Shown piece by piece: positions 53,533 through 62,642 of a stretch of DNA of 64,000 bases; positions within the stretch are counted from its first letter, which is position 1, and every line of letters begins with the position of its first letter. The stretch comes from an uncultured bacterium (GTDB lineage Bacteria > Actinomycetota > Coriobacteriia > Coriobacteriales > Eggerthellaceae), in NCBI GenBank assembly GCA_937890835.1, contig CALADF010000049.1:3830-67829 (forward strand), written 5' to 3'. The notes under the pieces are model-generated. The model did not search any database. It had not been told where the DNA came from and saw only the letters and a list, made by a program, of their open reading frames with translations. The position numbers and the translations under genes were made by a program.

Positions 53533-55056
53533 CTATGCCGCGCTGCCCAGTCCACTCGATCCGCCCGATCCACCGAGCAGGGAATCGAGCAAAGTCGAGG
53601 AGTTCTGCTGGGTCACCGCAGAGCTTTGCTCGTCAGACCCGAGCGTCACCTCGATATCCTGGGTCTTACCATCACGAACGATCGTCAGCGTCACCTTATC
53701 ACCGGGGTTCTTCGTGCGCACATCGAGCATAAGGTCGGACGCGGAGGCAACGGACTCACCGTCGAATGCCGTGATGATGTCGCCCGCCTCGACGCCGGCG
53801 GACTCGGCGCCACTGCCTGCGGTGACCGCAGCCACGTAAGCACCGGAATCAACCGACAGGCCGTAACGCTTGGCCATCTGCGCGTTGATGGTGGTGAGGG
53901 ACACGCCGAGCTGCGCGTGCGTCGGCGTCTTTCCGTCGATGATCTGCTGGGCTATGTTCACCGCGTAATTGACGGGGATGGCGAAACCGACGCCGGAGTA
54001 ATTGCCCGAGTAGGACGTGATCAGCGTGTTGATGCCGATGAGCTTACCGTTCTCATCAACCAAAGCGCCGCCGGAGTTACCCGGGTTGATGGCCGCGTCG
54101 GTTTGGATCATGTTGGGATAGATCGTGTAGTCGCCGGTGCTTCTTCCGTATGAGTCGGTCGAACTGTCCATGATCTGAGAGCGGCTGGTGGCGGACACGA
54201 TTCCGGTCGCAACCGACTGCTCGAGGCCGAAGGGGCTGCCGATGGACATAACCCACTCGCCGATGACAAGGTTATCCGAATCGCCCAGCTCGATGGGGGT
54301 AAGCCCTGAAGCGTTCTTCGCCTTCAGCACCGCGATGTCAGAGCTGGGGTCGGATCCGACCAGTTCAGCATCGTAGGTTTCGCCCGAAACGGTTACCTTG
54401 TAAGCGTTTCCGCCTTCGACCACGTGATAGTTAGTGATGACGTAGCCGTCGGCGGACAGGACGACGCCCGAGCCGAGAGAGCTTTGAACCAGGCTATCAC
54501 CTGAACCGGATTGAGACCCCGTTCCGTAACCGTAAATGCCCTGATAGCCGCTTGCCTGGGATGTGTACACGTCGATCGCAGCCACCGAGGGGAGACACTT
54601 CGCCGAAACCGCCTCGGCAAGCGTGGGGTCCTCAGACGTCGCCAACACGTCCTCGGAAACCGTCGACCCGATCGTCGTCGACGACCCCCCGTTGAACGCA
54701 CCCGACACAGCGGCGATCCCGAAAGCGAGGGCGCATGCCACAAGCGCGCCGGCGAAAGAGACGAGAAACGTCTTGGCCAGGGGCTTGCCCCCTCGTGGAT
54801 CCTTATCGCCTTTGCCGCCGGCTGAGTGCACCGGCCCGTGCGGGGCGGGTTGGGAGCCCGAAGGCGTCGCGTAGGGATTCGTCGTGCCCCGCACCTGCCC
54901 GGAGGCATAAGGCGCCGTCGAACCCGATACGGACTCCGCGCCATACGGTGCCGCCCGCCCTGCGTTGTACGTCGCTTGATAAGGCGTCTGCGCCGGCACA
55001 ACCTGAGGTTGCGGGTACTGAGGCGCCCCTTGGTTGGCGCTATGTTGCTCAGTCAT
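53533..55056 (-). CDS. htrA: HtrA/DegP-family serine protease (trypsin-like plus PDZ) with a Pro/Gln-rich N-terminus and a TM anchor
   Basis: TNYHVV...DIAVLK...GNSGGALVD catalytic triad context. C-terminal PDZ (GAESAGVEAGDIITAFDG). AAGGAGAG RBS. Confidence 0.88.
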   Translation of the reverse strand: MTEQHSANQGAPQYPQPQVVPAQTPYQATYNAGRAAPYGAESVSGSTAPYASGQVRGTTNPYATPSGSQPAPHGPVHSAGGKGDKDPRGGKPLAKTFLVSFAGALVACALAFGIAAVSGAFNGGSSTTIGSTVSEDVLATSEDPTLAEAVSAKCLPSVAAIDVYTSQASGYQGIYGYGTGSQSGSGDSLVQSSLGSGVVLSADGYVITNYHVVEGGNAYKVTVSGETYDAELVGSDPSSDIAVLKAKNASGLTPIELGDSDNLVIGEWVMSIGSPFGLEQSVATGIVSATSRSQIMDSSTDSYGRSTGDYTIYPNMIQTDAAINPGNSGGALVDENGKLIGINTLITSYSGNYSGVGFAIPVNYAVNIAQQIIDGKTPTHAQLGVSLTTINAQMAKRYGLSVDSGAYVAAVTAGSGAESAGVEAGDIITAFDGESVASASDLMLDVRTKNPGDKVTLTIVRDGKTQDIEVTLGSDEQSSAVTQQNSSTLLDSLLGGSGGSSGLGSAA

Positions 55057-55459
55057 GATGCTCTCCTTAGAATCCGACTGCTCGTTCCTGGCGGAAGGAG
55101 GGCGCCGCGATAATCCGTGGAGGTCGGATTGGCGAAAACCATGATCGAGCGCCCGGCTCCTTCAACGGGGTCACCTTAGCACGCCCGCAGGCGCGTCCCA
55201 CGCGCGGACGCGAATCGTCACCGTCGCGTCATCGATATACACCGCGCGGTGTACGCCCCTCGAATGACAGCGCGCTCATACGTCATGCAAGGCGACCGTT
55301 GCCTTTGGTCGACAAGCGCGTCCCTCGCGCGCGGGCACGCCGCACGCGGGCACGATCTTCGCGGGTAAGGCGACGCGAAACGACGGGACCCCTTCCTCAA
55401 GCAGCGCCTTCCCGCTGAACCGACGAGACCGAATGCATGTCCGGGCGAAAAGCGGGAAA

Positions 55460-56281
55460 TCACACCGCAGCGTAATTCGACAGAAACGCGCGCGTGCGCT
55501 CATGACGGGGATTGCCGATAACCTCCGACGCGGCTCCTTGCTCGACGATGACGCCGCCATCCATGAAGATGATCTGATCGGCCACATCGCGCGCGAAGCT
55601 CATCTCGTGAGTGACGATGACCATGGTCATATCCTCGTCGGCAAGCTCGCGAATAACGCGCAGAACCTCACGCGTCAACTCCGGGTCAAGCGCGCTGGTA
55701 GGCTCGTCGAAGAACAGCACGTCCGGGTTCATGGCGAGCGCACGGGCGATAGCGACGCGCTGCTGCTGACCGCCCGAGAGCGCGCACGGCACCATATCCT
55801 CTTTGCCCGCGAGCCCCATCTTCTCAAGGAGATCTCGCCCGCGCGCCTCGGCTTCGTCGCGCGGCATCTTCTGCACGCAGATCAAAGCGTCGGTCACGTT
55901 TTTCAGCACTGTGTAATGAGGAAACAGGTTGAAGTTCTGAAACACCAGACCAAAACGCGTTTTCGCCTTCGCGATGACGTCTTTGCCCCCGTAGATCGCC
56001 CGACCCGCGGCACCCGTGCTGGTCACCTGCAGATCGCCATAGGACAAGTCCCCCGCATCGAGCGTCTCGAGCATGGTCAGGCAACGCAAAAGCGTCGACT
56101 TCCCCCCGCCGCTCGGCCCGATGATGGCCAGCACATCGCCTTTGTTGACGGCGAGGGAGATGTCTTTGAGCACCTCGTTCGATCCGAAGCTCTTACGAGC
56201 ATGCTCGAGCGTAACGATGGGGGTCGCCCCGCCCACGCCTGCCTCGACTCGCGAGGGCGTCGTCTGAGAAGCGTCTTGCAT
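55460..56281 (-). CDS. Polar amino-acid ABC transporter, ATP-binding protein
   Basis: Walker A GPSGGGKST, signature LSGGQQQRVAIARAL, Walker B VLFFDEPTSALD. Confidence 0.9.
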   Translation of the reverse strand: MQDASQTTPSRVEAGVGGATPIVTLEHARKSFGSNEVLKDISLAVNKGDVLAIIGPSGGGKSTLLRCLTMLETLDAGDLSYGDLQVTSTGAAGRAIYGGKDVIAKAKTRFGLVFQNFNLFPHYTVLKNVTDALICVQKMPRDEAEARGRDLLEKMGLAGKEDMVPCALSGGQQQRVAIARALAMNPDVLFFDEPTSALDPELTREVLRVIRELADEDMTMVIVTHEMSFARDVADQIIFMDGGVIVEQGAASEVIGNPRHERTRAFLSNYAAV

Positions 56282-56352
56282 GGGAGTTCCTTTCAATTCA
56301 TCCGCGCGCGCATATCGCCGCTCCTCTCGGGAGGGCGACGCGTCCAGCGCGA

Positions 56353-57024
56353 TTAATCGTGATAGTAGTCGAGACGTTTCTCGACACGGTTCAAGATGAA
56401 CTCAATGACCAGACAGAACACCCAATAGATGAGTGCCGCGATCACATAGGGGATCATCGACACCTCGCGCGCCGCAAGCGCTTTGGCCGCCGAGAACATC
56501 TCGGCGATGCCGAGGACGAAAGCGAGGGAGGTGTCCTTCACGAGCGTGATGATCTCGTTGCCCATGGCAGGCAGGATGCGCTTGAACACCTGAGGAAGCA
56601 CGATCTTCATGAAGGTCTGGACGCGCGTGTAACCGAGCACGCTGGCCGCCTCGTACTGACCGCGCGGGATGGACTGGATGCCGCTGCGGTAGATCTCGCC
56701 GAAGTACGCAGCATAGTTGAGGACGAAGCCCACCGCGCACGCGGTGAACTTCCAATCAGCGCCCATTTGCATGCCGAACAGGTAATACGGCCCGAACATG
56801 ATGGCCATCAACTGCAGCATGAGCGGCGTACCGCGCAACACCGAGATGTAGAACTGCGCGAGCAAAGACAACGGCTTGAATTTGCTCATGCGCGCGAGCG
56901 CGACGACCACGCCGAGCGGCAGCGACCCGACCAACGTGATCGCGAAGATTGCCGCAGACAGCGCGAAACCGTCCATGAGCAACCCCATCAGCACGGAAAA
57001 ATCCACGGAGACCCCTTCTCTCAT
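56353..57024 (-). CDS. Polar amino-acid ABC transporter permease (start uncertain: 57024 or 57054)
   Basis: His/Glu/Gln/Arg-type permease motifs (VLRGTPLMLQL..., EAASVLGYT). The upstream part of the track ORF is Arg-rich junk. Confidence 0.8.
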   Translation of the reverse strand: MREGVSVDFSVLMGLLMDGFALSAAIFAITLVGSLPLGVVVALARMSKFKPLSLLAQFYISVLRGTPLMLQLMAIMFGPYYLFGMQMGADWKFTACAVGFVLNYAAYFGEIYRSGIQSIPRGQYEAASVLGYTRVQTFMKIVLPQVFKRILPAMGNEIITLVKDTSLAFVLGIAEMFSAAKALAAREVSMIPYVIAALIYWVFCLVIEFILNRVEKRLDYYHD

Positions 57025-57147
57025 TCGACTTTGCCTTGGCGGAAAAACCGTCATCGACGATGCTTCCGCCAGGACAACCCTTCCCACTCTCTCAGAGCCC
57101 GTTAAAGCACGTGTCGGGTGAAGGCCTCGGTTCCACCCGCTCGCTTT

Positions 57148-57183
57148 CTCGCCTTCGTCACGACCTCGCGTGACGAAGGCGAG
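57148..57183 (-). other. 15-bp perfect stem-loop in the long spacer between the binding-protein and permease genes
   Basis: CTCGCCTTCGTCACG-acctcg-CGTGACGAAGGCGAG, with no U-tract. Confidence 0.7.
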
Positions 57184-57365
57184 CCCGCGCGCAACCTGGC
57201 GCGCACCTGAGCAAAGTTGCGGCAGAGGCGCGAATGCCCTGCCGCTGCCCTTATTGCGCTCGCCCGCTTGCGCCCGTCGCAAGACCGTCGCCTTCGCGAC
57301 AGCCCTACACGACGAAAGCGGGCCCACCCCACGGCGCCACGTTACGCAGCGCCGATGATCATATC

Positions 57366-58211
57366 TTATTTCAGCACCCAGTTGTCGAAGGACAGGCCGT
57401 ACTCAGCGTACTTCTCGCACAGCTTCTCGACGGTCCCGTCCGCGTACATCTCCTTGAGCGTCGCAGTCACCTTCTCGGCGGTGGCGGTGTCACCCTTCTT
57501 GAAGCCGATCGCGTAGCGCTCGGAGCTCAACGGCTCGGAAAGCTGCACGTAAGCGTCGGGCTTAGCGGCCATCTGGTAGGCGGCGATGGACAAATCGCAC
57601 GCAACCGCGTCGACCATGCCGCTCTCGAGCTGCATGAACGCATTGTTGTAGTCGCTGATGGTCTGGGGGGCTCCCGTCGCGAACGTAGCGGCCAAATCAG
57701 CACGGCCCTCGGGATCCTCAAGCACGTCAAGCGCAGCGGAGTCGACCTGCGTGATGACGTTCTTGCCCGCAAGTCCCTCGAGCGAATCGATGCCCGAACC
57801 CTTCTTCACGACGATGACCTGCTCGTTGAGCATGTAAGGCTCGGAGAAGGTGTAGTCGTCCTCACGGCCTTCCATGGTGAAACCGTTCCAAATGCAGTTG
57901 ATGGAACCTTGGTTGAGAAGCGCGTCCTTCGCATCCCAGTCGATGGCCTGCAGCTCGAGATCCCAGCCGTTGCGCTCGGCGACTTCTGCGGCCAAATCGA
58001 GATCGAAGCCGGTCTCCTTGCCGTCATCACCGATGAAGCCATAGGGCGGATACGCGTTGTCGAAGCCGACGATGAGCTTGGTCATCTCGGTGGATTCAGC
58101 CGAGCTCGCCTGAGAGCTCGACGACGAGCCGGAGCTCGAGCAGCCCGCCAGAAGCATGACGCCCAAGCTCAGGGCGACCGCTGCGGCGGCAAGCGCCTTG
58201 ATCTTCTTCAT
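57366..58211 (-). CDS. Amino-acid ABC transporter substrate-binding lipoprotein
   Basis: Lipobox LLAGC after the signal peptide. Family-3 SBP motifs (VGFDNAYPPYGF...IDWDAK). Confidence 0.88.
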   Translation of the reverse strand: MKKIKALAAAAVALSLGVMLLAGCSSSGSSSSSQASSAESTEMTKLIVGFDNAYPPYGFIGDDGKETGFDLDLAAEVAERNGWDLELQAIDWDAKDALLNQGSINCIWNGFTMEGREDDYTFSEPYMLNEQVIVVKKGSGIDSLEGLAGKNVITQVDSAALDVLEDPEGRADLAATFATGAPQTISDYNNAFMQLESGMVDAVACDLSIAAYQMAAKPDAYVQLSEPLSSERYAIGFKKGDTATAEKVTATLKEMYADGTVEKLCEKYAEYGLSFDNWVLK

Positions 58212-58300
58212 GATGGGACCTCCTGGTTCTCTTCTTCCCCGATCGGGTAGTGCGCTTTACGCTCCACCACATTACCACTCTACCGTAATAAAGTGCTTGC

Positions 58301-58328
58301 AGTATAGCATAGCGACCTTGCCTGTAAA
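58301..58328 (-). promoter_or_regulatory. Candidate strong promoter of the ABC operon (TTTACA-N16-TGcTATACT)
   Basis: Read on the minus strand, ~85 nt upstream of the SBP ATG. It has an extended -10 TG. Confidence 0.5.
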
Positions 58329-58527
58329 CACCCCGGGGCAAACGGCGGCCGCGCTTCCGGCAAACGGCAACGCCGGGTCGCGAGAGGCAACGACTCGGGC
58401 AATTCAACCTCAACCGCATGAAGAAGACGAACCAGGCCGGGCAACGCCGCCGCTCGCTTTCCGAGCAACGCGACGCGAAGCCGCCGGAAACGCCCGGCTC
58501 TTCATCGGCGAGGCGGGCGTTTCCGCG

Positions 58528-59766
58528 CTACTTCTTCGGCTTGTTGCGCGTAAAGAGGAAGTTTCCCTTCTTCGGACGGGGAATCTCGATGAGTTTCGGC
58601 TCGAAATCGAACAGCTCCGCGCACGCGACGTGCGACGAAAGCGTCACGCTGCCCCGCAGGCACACGTCGACGCACAGCCCGCATTGGGTGCAATCGGAAA
58701 CCTGAAACTCAAGGTAGCGTGATTCGGCGTCGTCGGGCTCATCGGTCGTGGAGTATTTGAGCGCGGCCGTCGGGCAGAACATGACGCACATGCCGCAACC
58801 CGAGCAATCCGCAGGATCGATTTCAATCGAGCCGAACAAACGCGTATCGATGGTCTCCTCGGCAAGAGCGACGGGAAACGCTCCCGTGTCCTCGGGGACC
58901 GGCGTGCCGGCCTCTGTCTCCGCATCCGCACGCCGCTGCGCGATCTTCCACAACTCATCGAGGAGAAAGAGGTTGCGCTCCGGCTGAAAGGTCGGCAGCT
59001 TCCCGCTTTTCCCCGCCCCGAGCCGCTCGCGCAGAGTGAGAAGCTTGCGCTGCTTGCTCTGATGGAGCGCGTCGTCGATGGCCTTTTCCGCCGCGGTAAC
59101 CGCGACGTTTCGCGCAATGCCCGACGCCTGACTGAAAAACCCGCGTCGCGCCGCGCCGATGACCTTGCGCTCGTCCTCGGCGAGCACCTCACGCGGAAAC
59201 TCCGAACAGCGCGTGACGATGGCACTCGCGCCGATCATCTCGAACAGGCGAACAGCGCTCTCCACGGTTTCGTCGACCGCAGCGGAAACCGCCCCGTACT
59301 TGCACGTCGTGCAATCGCCGTCGACGAGCACGATGTCCTCGACCCCCATGCCGGCAAGCGCCACGATCATACGTTCGTCGACACGGCCGAGGCACGGCAC
59401 CGTGGCGAACTTCTCGGGGTCGCCGAGACGGCGCGACGCCATGCGCGCGCAGGACACGACCGCCATGCTCTTCGCACCGCGCACCGCAGCGAGCAACGAC
59501 GACACGAGGTCCTCGTCCATCGGATCAAGCGAGACGAGGGCGGACGTGGGGCAAACCGCCACGCACGCACCGCAGCCGACGCACGCGCCGGCATCAACCG
59601 TTATCTTGTTCTGACTGACCTCGATGGCGGACGCGATGCATACCTGCGCGCACTTCAGACACGATGCGTTCCTGTTGCGCACCGCGACGCAGCGGTCTTC
59701 CACGGGCACGACCGACTTACTGCGCAGAAGCTCGGCCATCTCCATGACGTCGTTGATCGTGGGCAT
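58528..59766 (-). CDS. 4Fe-4S ferredoxin-domain protein (multiple CxxCxxCxxxCP clusters)
   Basis: CVGCGACVAVCP, CSGCGMCVMFCP and CTQCGLCVDVC. Its ATG abuts the mobBA stop (TAGATG). Confidence 0.75.
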   Translation of the reverse strand: MPTINDVMEMAELLRSKSVVPVEDRCVAVRNRNASCLKCAQVCIASAIEVSQNKITVDAGACVGCGACVAVCPTSALVSLDPMDEDLVSSLLAAVRGAKSMAVVSCARMASRRLGDPEKFATVPCLGRVDERMIVALAGMGVEDIVLVDGDCTTCKYGAVSAAVDETVESAVRLFEMIGASAIVTRCSEFPREVLAEDERKVIGAARRGFFSQASGIARNVAVTAAEKAIDDALHQSKQRKLLTLRERLGAGKSGKLPTFQPERNLFLLDELWKIAQRRADAETEAGTPVPEDTGAFPVALAEETIDTRLFGSIEIDPADCSGCGMCVMFCPTAALKYSTTDEPDDAESRYLEFQVSDCTQCGLCVDVCLRGSVTLSSHVACAELFDFEPKLIEIPRPKKGNFLFTRNKPKK

Positions 59767-61020
59767 CTAATCCCCCATGCAGAAATCTTCGATACGCTGA
59801 AGCTCCTCCGGCGTGTTCGCGTTGACGAAACAGCCGCCGCGCGGCTCCGCCTCGAGAACACGTTCCTGCGGAAACTCCAGCACCTTCACCTCGGGATCGT
59901 CGAAGAACGACTGCGCTCGGCGCTCGCCACGATCGAGCGCACGACGCACGGCGGGAAGACACCCGCTGCGACGGTACAGGGCGTGGAACGGCTCGAAACC
60001 GTGATTGTTCACCGGCACGACCACGTCCGCGCCCGACTTCGCCATCTCAAGCGACTCGGCGACCACCAAGCTCGCGCTCGCCAGCACCATGTCGCACGCC
60101 ACCACGGCGACGTAAGGGTTGCGAGCCGACTGGATGGCGGTGTAGAGGCCGGGCAACGCGCCACGGAAATCAAACGCATCAGGCACCAGCTTGATCTCCA
60201 AATCGGGGAACTCGTCCTCCAAAAAGCCGAGTTTATCAGCCTCGTTGGTGGTGATGATGATCTCGTCTGCTGCGCAACGAAGCCTCCTGATGAGCCTGCA
60301 GATGAGCGGGCTTCCCATGAAGGGAACCCGCGCCTTCGACTGCCCCATGCGTCTGCTCTCGCCGCCCGCCTGGATGACGACCGACACGCGCGGGCGTACG
60401 TAATGCTCTTCGAGGAAGTCGGCGATCGCCGCGATCTCGGCGAAATCGAACGACGGGATGTTGAAAAGCCGCGCGGCTTGGGCGGCTTCCGGAATATCGG
60501 TCACGATGGCGACCGTGTCCGACGTCGGCATCTTGTCGACGAGATCGGCCTCATACGCACCGTCGGCGCCGCGAGACGCCTGCGTGAAATCGGTGCCGAG
60601 CGATGCGCCCGTGCGCGCACCCTCGACGAACGCCTTCGCCACGCTCACATCGGCCTCGTTGCCCGAGCGCATGATCTCGATGGTGGGAAGGCCGCTTTTA
60701 CGGTATCCCTCGACGATGATGATGTCATGTCCCGGCATGGAGCGGACGATCTCCGAGCACTCAACCTCGTGTTCGAGGGTCTTCACTCGTGCGAGCATGT
60801 CGGGAGACGCGATGACGGTCTCGGTTGCGCCCGCCGCGCGATGTCGATAGGAGTCCTTGCCGGGATGATCGATGTCGAAGCCGACGTGCGAATGGTGCTT
60901 GATAGAGCCGACGTCATGCCCGCGATCAACCATCTCGGCGATCAGCTTCTCGATAAGGGTGGTTTTCCCCGAGTTATGGCGGCCGACGATGGAGACCGCC
61001 GGACTTGGAATGTTGATCAT
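59767..61020 (-). CDS. mobA: MobB-MobA fusion (molybdopterin-guanine dinucleotide biosynthesis)
   Basis: N-terminus VSIVGRHNSGKTTLIEKL...GSIKHH (MobB P-loop). C-terminus VVIQAGGESRRMG...VVACDM (MobA). Start trimmed to ATG 61020. Confidence 0.8.
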   Translation of the reverse strand: MINIPSPAVSIVGRHNSGKTTLIEKLIAEMVDRGHDVGSIKHHSHVGFDIDHPGKDSYRHRAAGATETVIASPDMLARVKTLEHEVECSEIVRSMPGHDIIIVEGYRKSGLPTIEIMRSGNEADVSVAKAFVEGARTGASLGTDFTQASRGADGAYEADLVDKMPTSDTVAIVTDIPEAAQAARLFNIPSFDFAEIAAIADFLEEHYVRPRVSVVIQAGGESRRMGQSKARVPFMGSPLICRLIRRLRCAADEIIITTNEADKLGFLEDEFPDLEIKLVPDAFDFRGALPGLYTAIQSARNPYVAVVACDMVLASASLVVAESLEMAKSGADVVVPVNNHGFEPFHALYRRSGCLPAVRRALDRGERRAQSFFDDPEVKVLEFPQERVLEAEPRGGCFVNANTPEELQRIEDFCMGD

Positions 61021-61329
61021 GTCACTCGTCCTCTGCGTACATAAGAGCCGCCGCGCTCCCCCTGACAACGCACGCGACGGCTCGGCAACACAATGCCAAC
61101 GAGTATAACACTACAGGATTACCTAACCCCGGGGTTCGAAAGCGTTTCGCGCGGTGGCCGACAGCGGCTGCACGCTGACGCGAAACCGACCTCGTGACCC
61201 TTCGTCGCCCCAGACGCCGTCTGCACTCGAGGCGAGACGGCGCGCAATCCCGAGACGACGAAGCGTCGGGCGAACCTGATCCCGCGCGGATCGCGATTCG
61301 CCCCCACGGCCCCCGGCTTTCTTCCGCGC

Positions 61330-62178
61330 TTATTTCCGCAGAGCGCGGATCTTCACGCTCATGTCGAGCGGTTTGGCCGAAAACGGCGCCGTGCTCGCCA
61401 TGCCGTCGACGCCCGTGGCCGCATAGGCGGCGGCGTTGCCCAGGTTGATCCCGCCCGTCGCGATGAGCGCGACGCGCGGGTTGACGGCGCGAATCGACTC
61501 GACGAGGGAGGCGAGCTCATCGACGGGCACCTTGTCGAGCTGGATGCCATCCACCTCTGTTCCCGCGAGGACGAGCGCGTGCTCGGCGTCAGCTTCGACG
61601 AAGAGCTTCTTCTCAACGCAGCGCGCTTTGATGTCGGGGATCCTCTCGACCAGCGCTTCGAAGCCTCCCATGAACTTGTAGTGATGTTCGAACACGAGAA
61701 CCGTCTCGGACAGCCCGAGTCGATGCGGATACGCGCCGCCTATCACAACCGCATACGTGAGCAGGTCCTTCACGCCGTTCATGCTCTTGCGCGTGGTGAG
61801 AACCTCGCAACGAGGGTTCGACGAATGCGCCGCGTCCACCATGGAGCGCGTCTTCGTGGCAACGGCCGAAAGATGGTCGAACACGTTCAGGCACGCCTTC
61901 CAGGCCGCATGCAGGTTCTCCGCTCCACCGCGCACCACCATGAAGGACTCACCTGCAGCGATGCGATCGCCGTCTGAGCGTGCGCTCACCACCTCGCAAC
62001 CGAGCTTCGACATCATCCGTCGCACCACCTCGATACCCGCGAGGACGCAATCCTCGCGGGTGAAATACTCCATCTCACCCAACTCGCCGGAAATGCCGAG
62101 CACCTCGCACGTGAGGTCGATGTAAGGCAGATCTTCCGTGATGAAATAATCAATGCGCGCATCGGAAAAATACTGCAT
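61330..62178 (-). CDS. modD: ModD protein (quinolinate phosphoribosyltransferase-like)
   Basis: FITEDLPYIDLT...TRKSMNGVKDL...GGAYPHRLGLSE...ATGGIN. Start trimmed to ATG 62178 (GGAGAAAGGA RBS). Confidence 0.75.
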   Translation of the reverse strand: MQYFSDARIDYFITEDLPYIDLTCEVLGISGELGEMEYFTREDCVLAGIEVVRRMMSKLGCEVVSARSDGDRIAAGESFMVVRGGAENLHAAWKACLNVFDHLSAVATKTRSMVDAAHSSNPRCEVLTTRKSMNGVKDLLTYAVVIGGAYPHRLGLSETVLVFEHHYKFMGGFEALVERIPDIKARCVEKKLFVEADAEHALVLAGTEVDGIQLDKVPVDELASLVESIRAVNPRVALIATGGINLGNAAAYAATGVDGMASTAPFSAKPLDMSVKIRALRK

Positions 62179-62492
62179 GGTGCCGTCCTTTCTCCAAGGT
62201 AATCCGCCGCACAGCGCGACCGCCTGCAAGCCGCAAAAGGGAACCAACATCTCGACGCAGGCGGTCGAAGCCGCGCTTAAGCCCATGATTCACCAACAAA
62301 GATAAACCATTTCGAGGGCAGCGGGGCATTTTAGCGAGATCAACCTCGAATCAACCCCGATTCATACCCTCTCAACCCTCCGATAGCACGTTTTTAACTA
62401 TAAAACGCTCGCTTCGTACCTCGAATCGACCGCGTAAGGTCGGAGATCGGGGAGAGCCGTACCTCATTTAGGACGAGGTCGTTAAAAACATC

Positions 62493-62520
62493 TTGGCAAA
62501 TTCCACGGCGATGCTATAAT
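62493..62520 (+). promoter_or_regulatory. Near-consensus sigma-70 promoter (TTGGCA-N16-TATAAT) with no downstream ORF
   Basis: Read directly: -35 at 62493..62498 and -10 at 62515..62520. Confidence 0.5.
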
Positions 62521-62526
62521 CATTAG

Positions 62527-62642
62527 CGATTTCAGAGAAGCATTTTGGCTTCAGACAGATAAGGATTCTGTTTTTGGAGGGGACAGATTCCTTTGTCTTT
62601 CAAGAGCCGTGACCTGCGTGCAGGTCACGGCTCTTGGCTTTT
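62527..62642 (+). ncRNA. Candidate ~116-nt sRNA (family unknown)
   Basis: Bounded by the promoter above and a 16-bp GC-rich terminator hairpin (62602..62635) followed by GGCUUUU. There is no ATG inside. An internal ~15-bp hairpin presents a UUUUGGAGGGG loop. Confidence 0.45.

Noticed and set aside
61021-62500. Molybdenum-cofactor (Moco) riboswitch upstream of mobBA or modD.
   Set aside because: It would be biologically attractive, but I could not find the conserved core as I remember it (CCGAGCC ... GGCACGG ... CUGCCCG ... CGGGAAAGGAG). Only weak fragments are present (GCCUCGAG, GGUACGG). It needs a covariance-model search, so it is not called as a feature.
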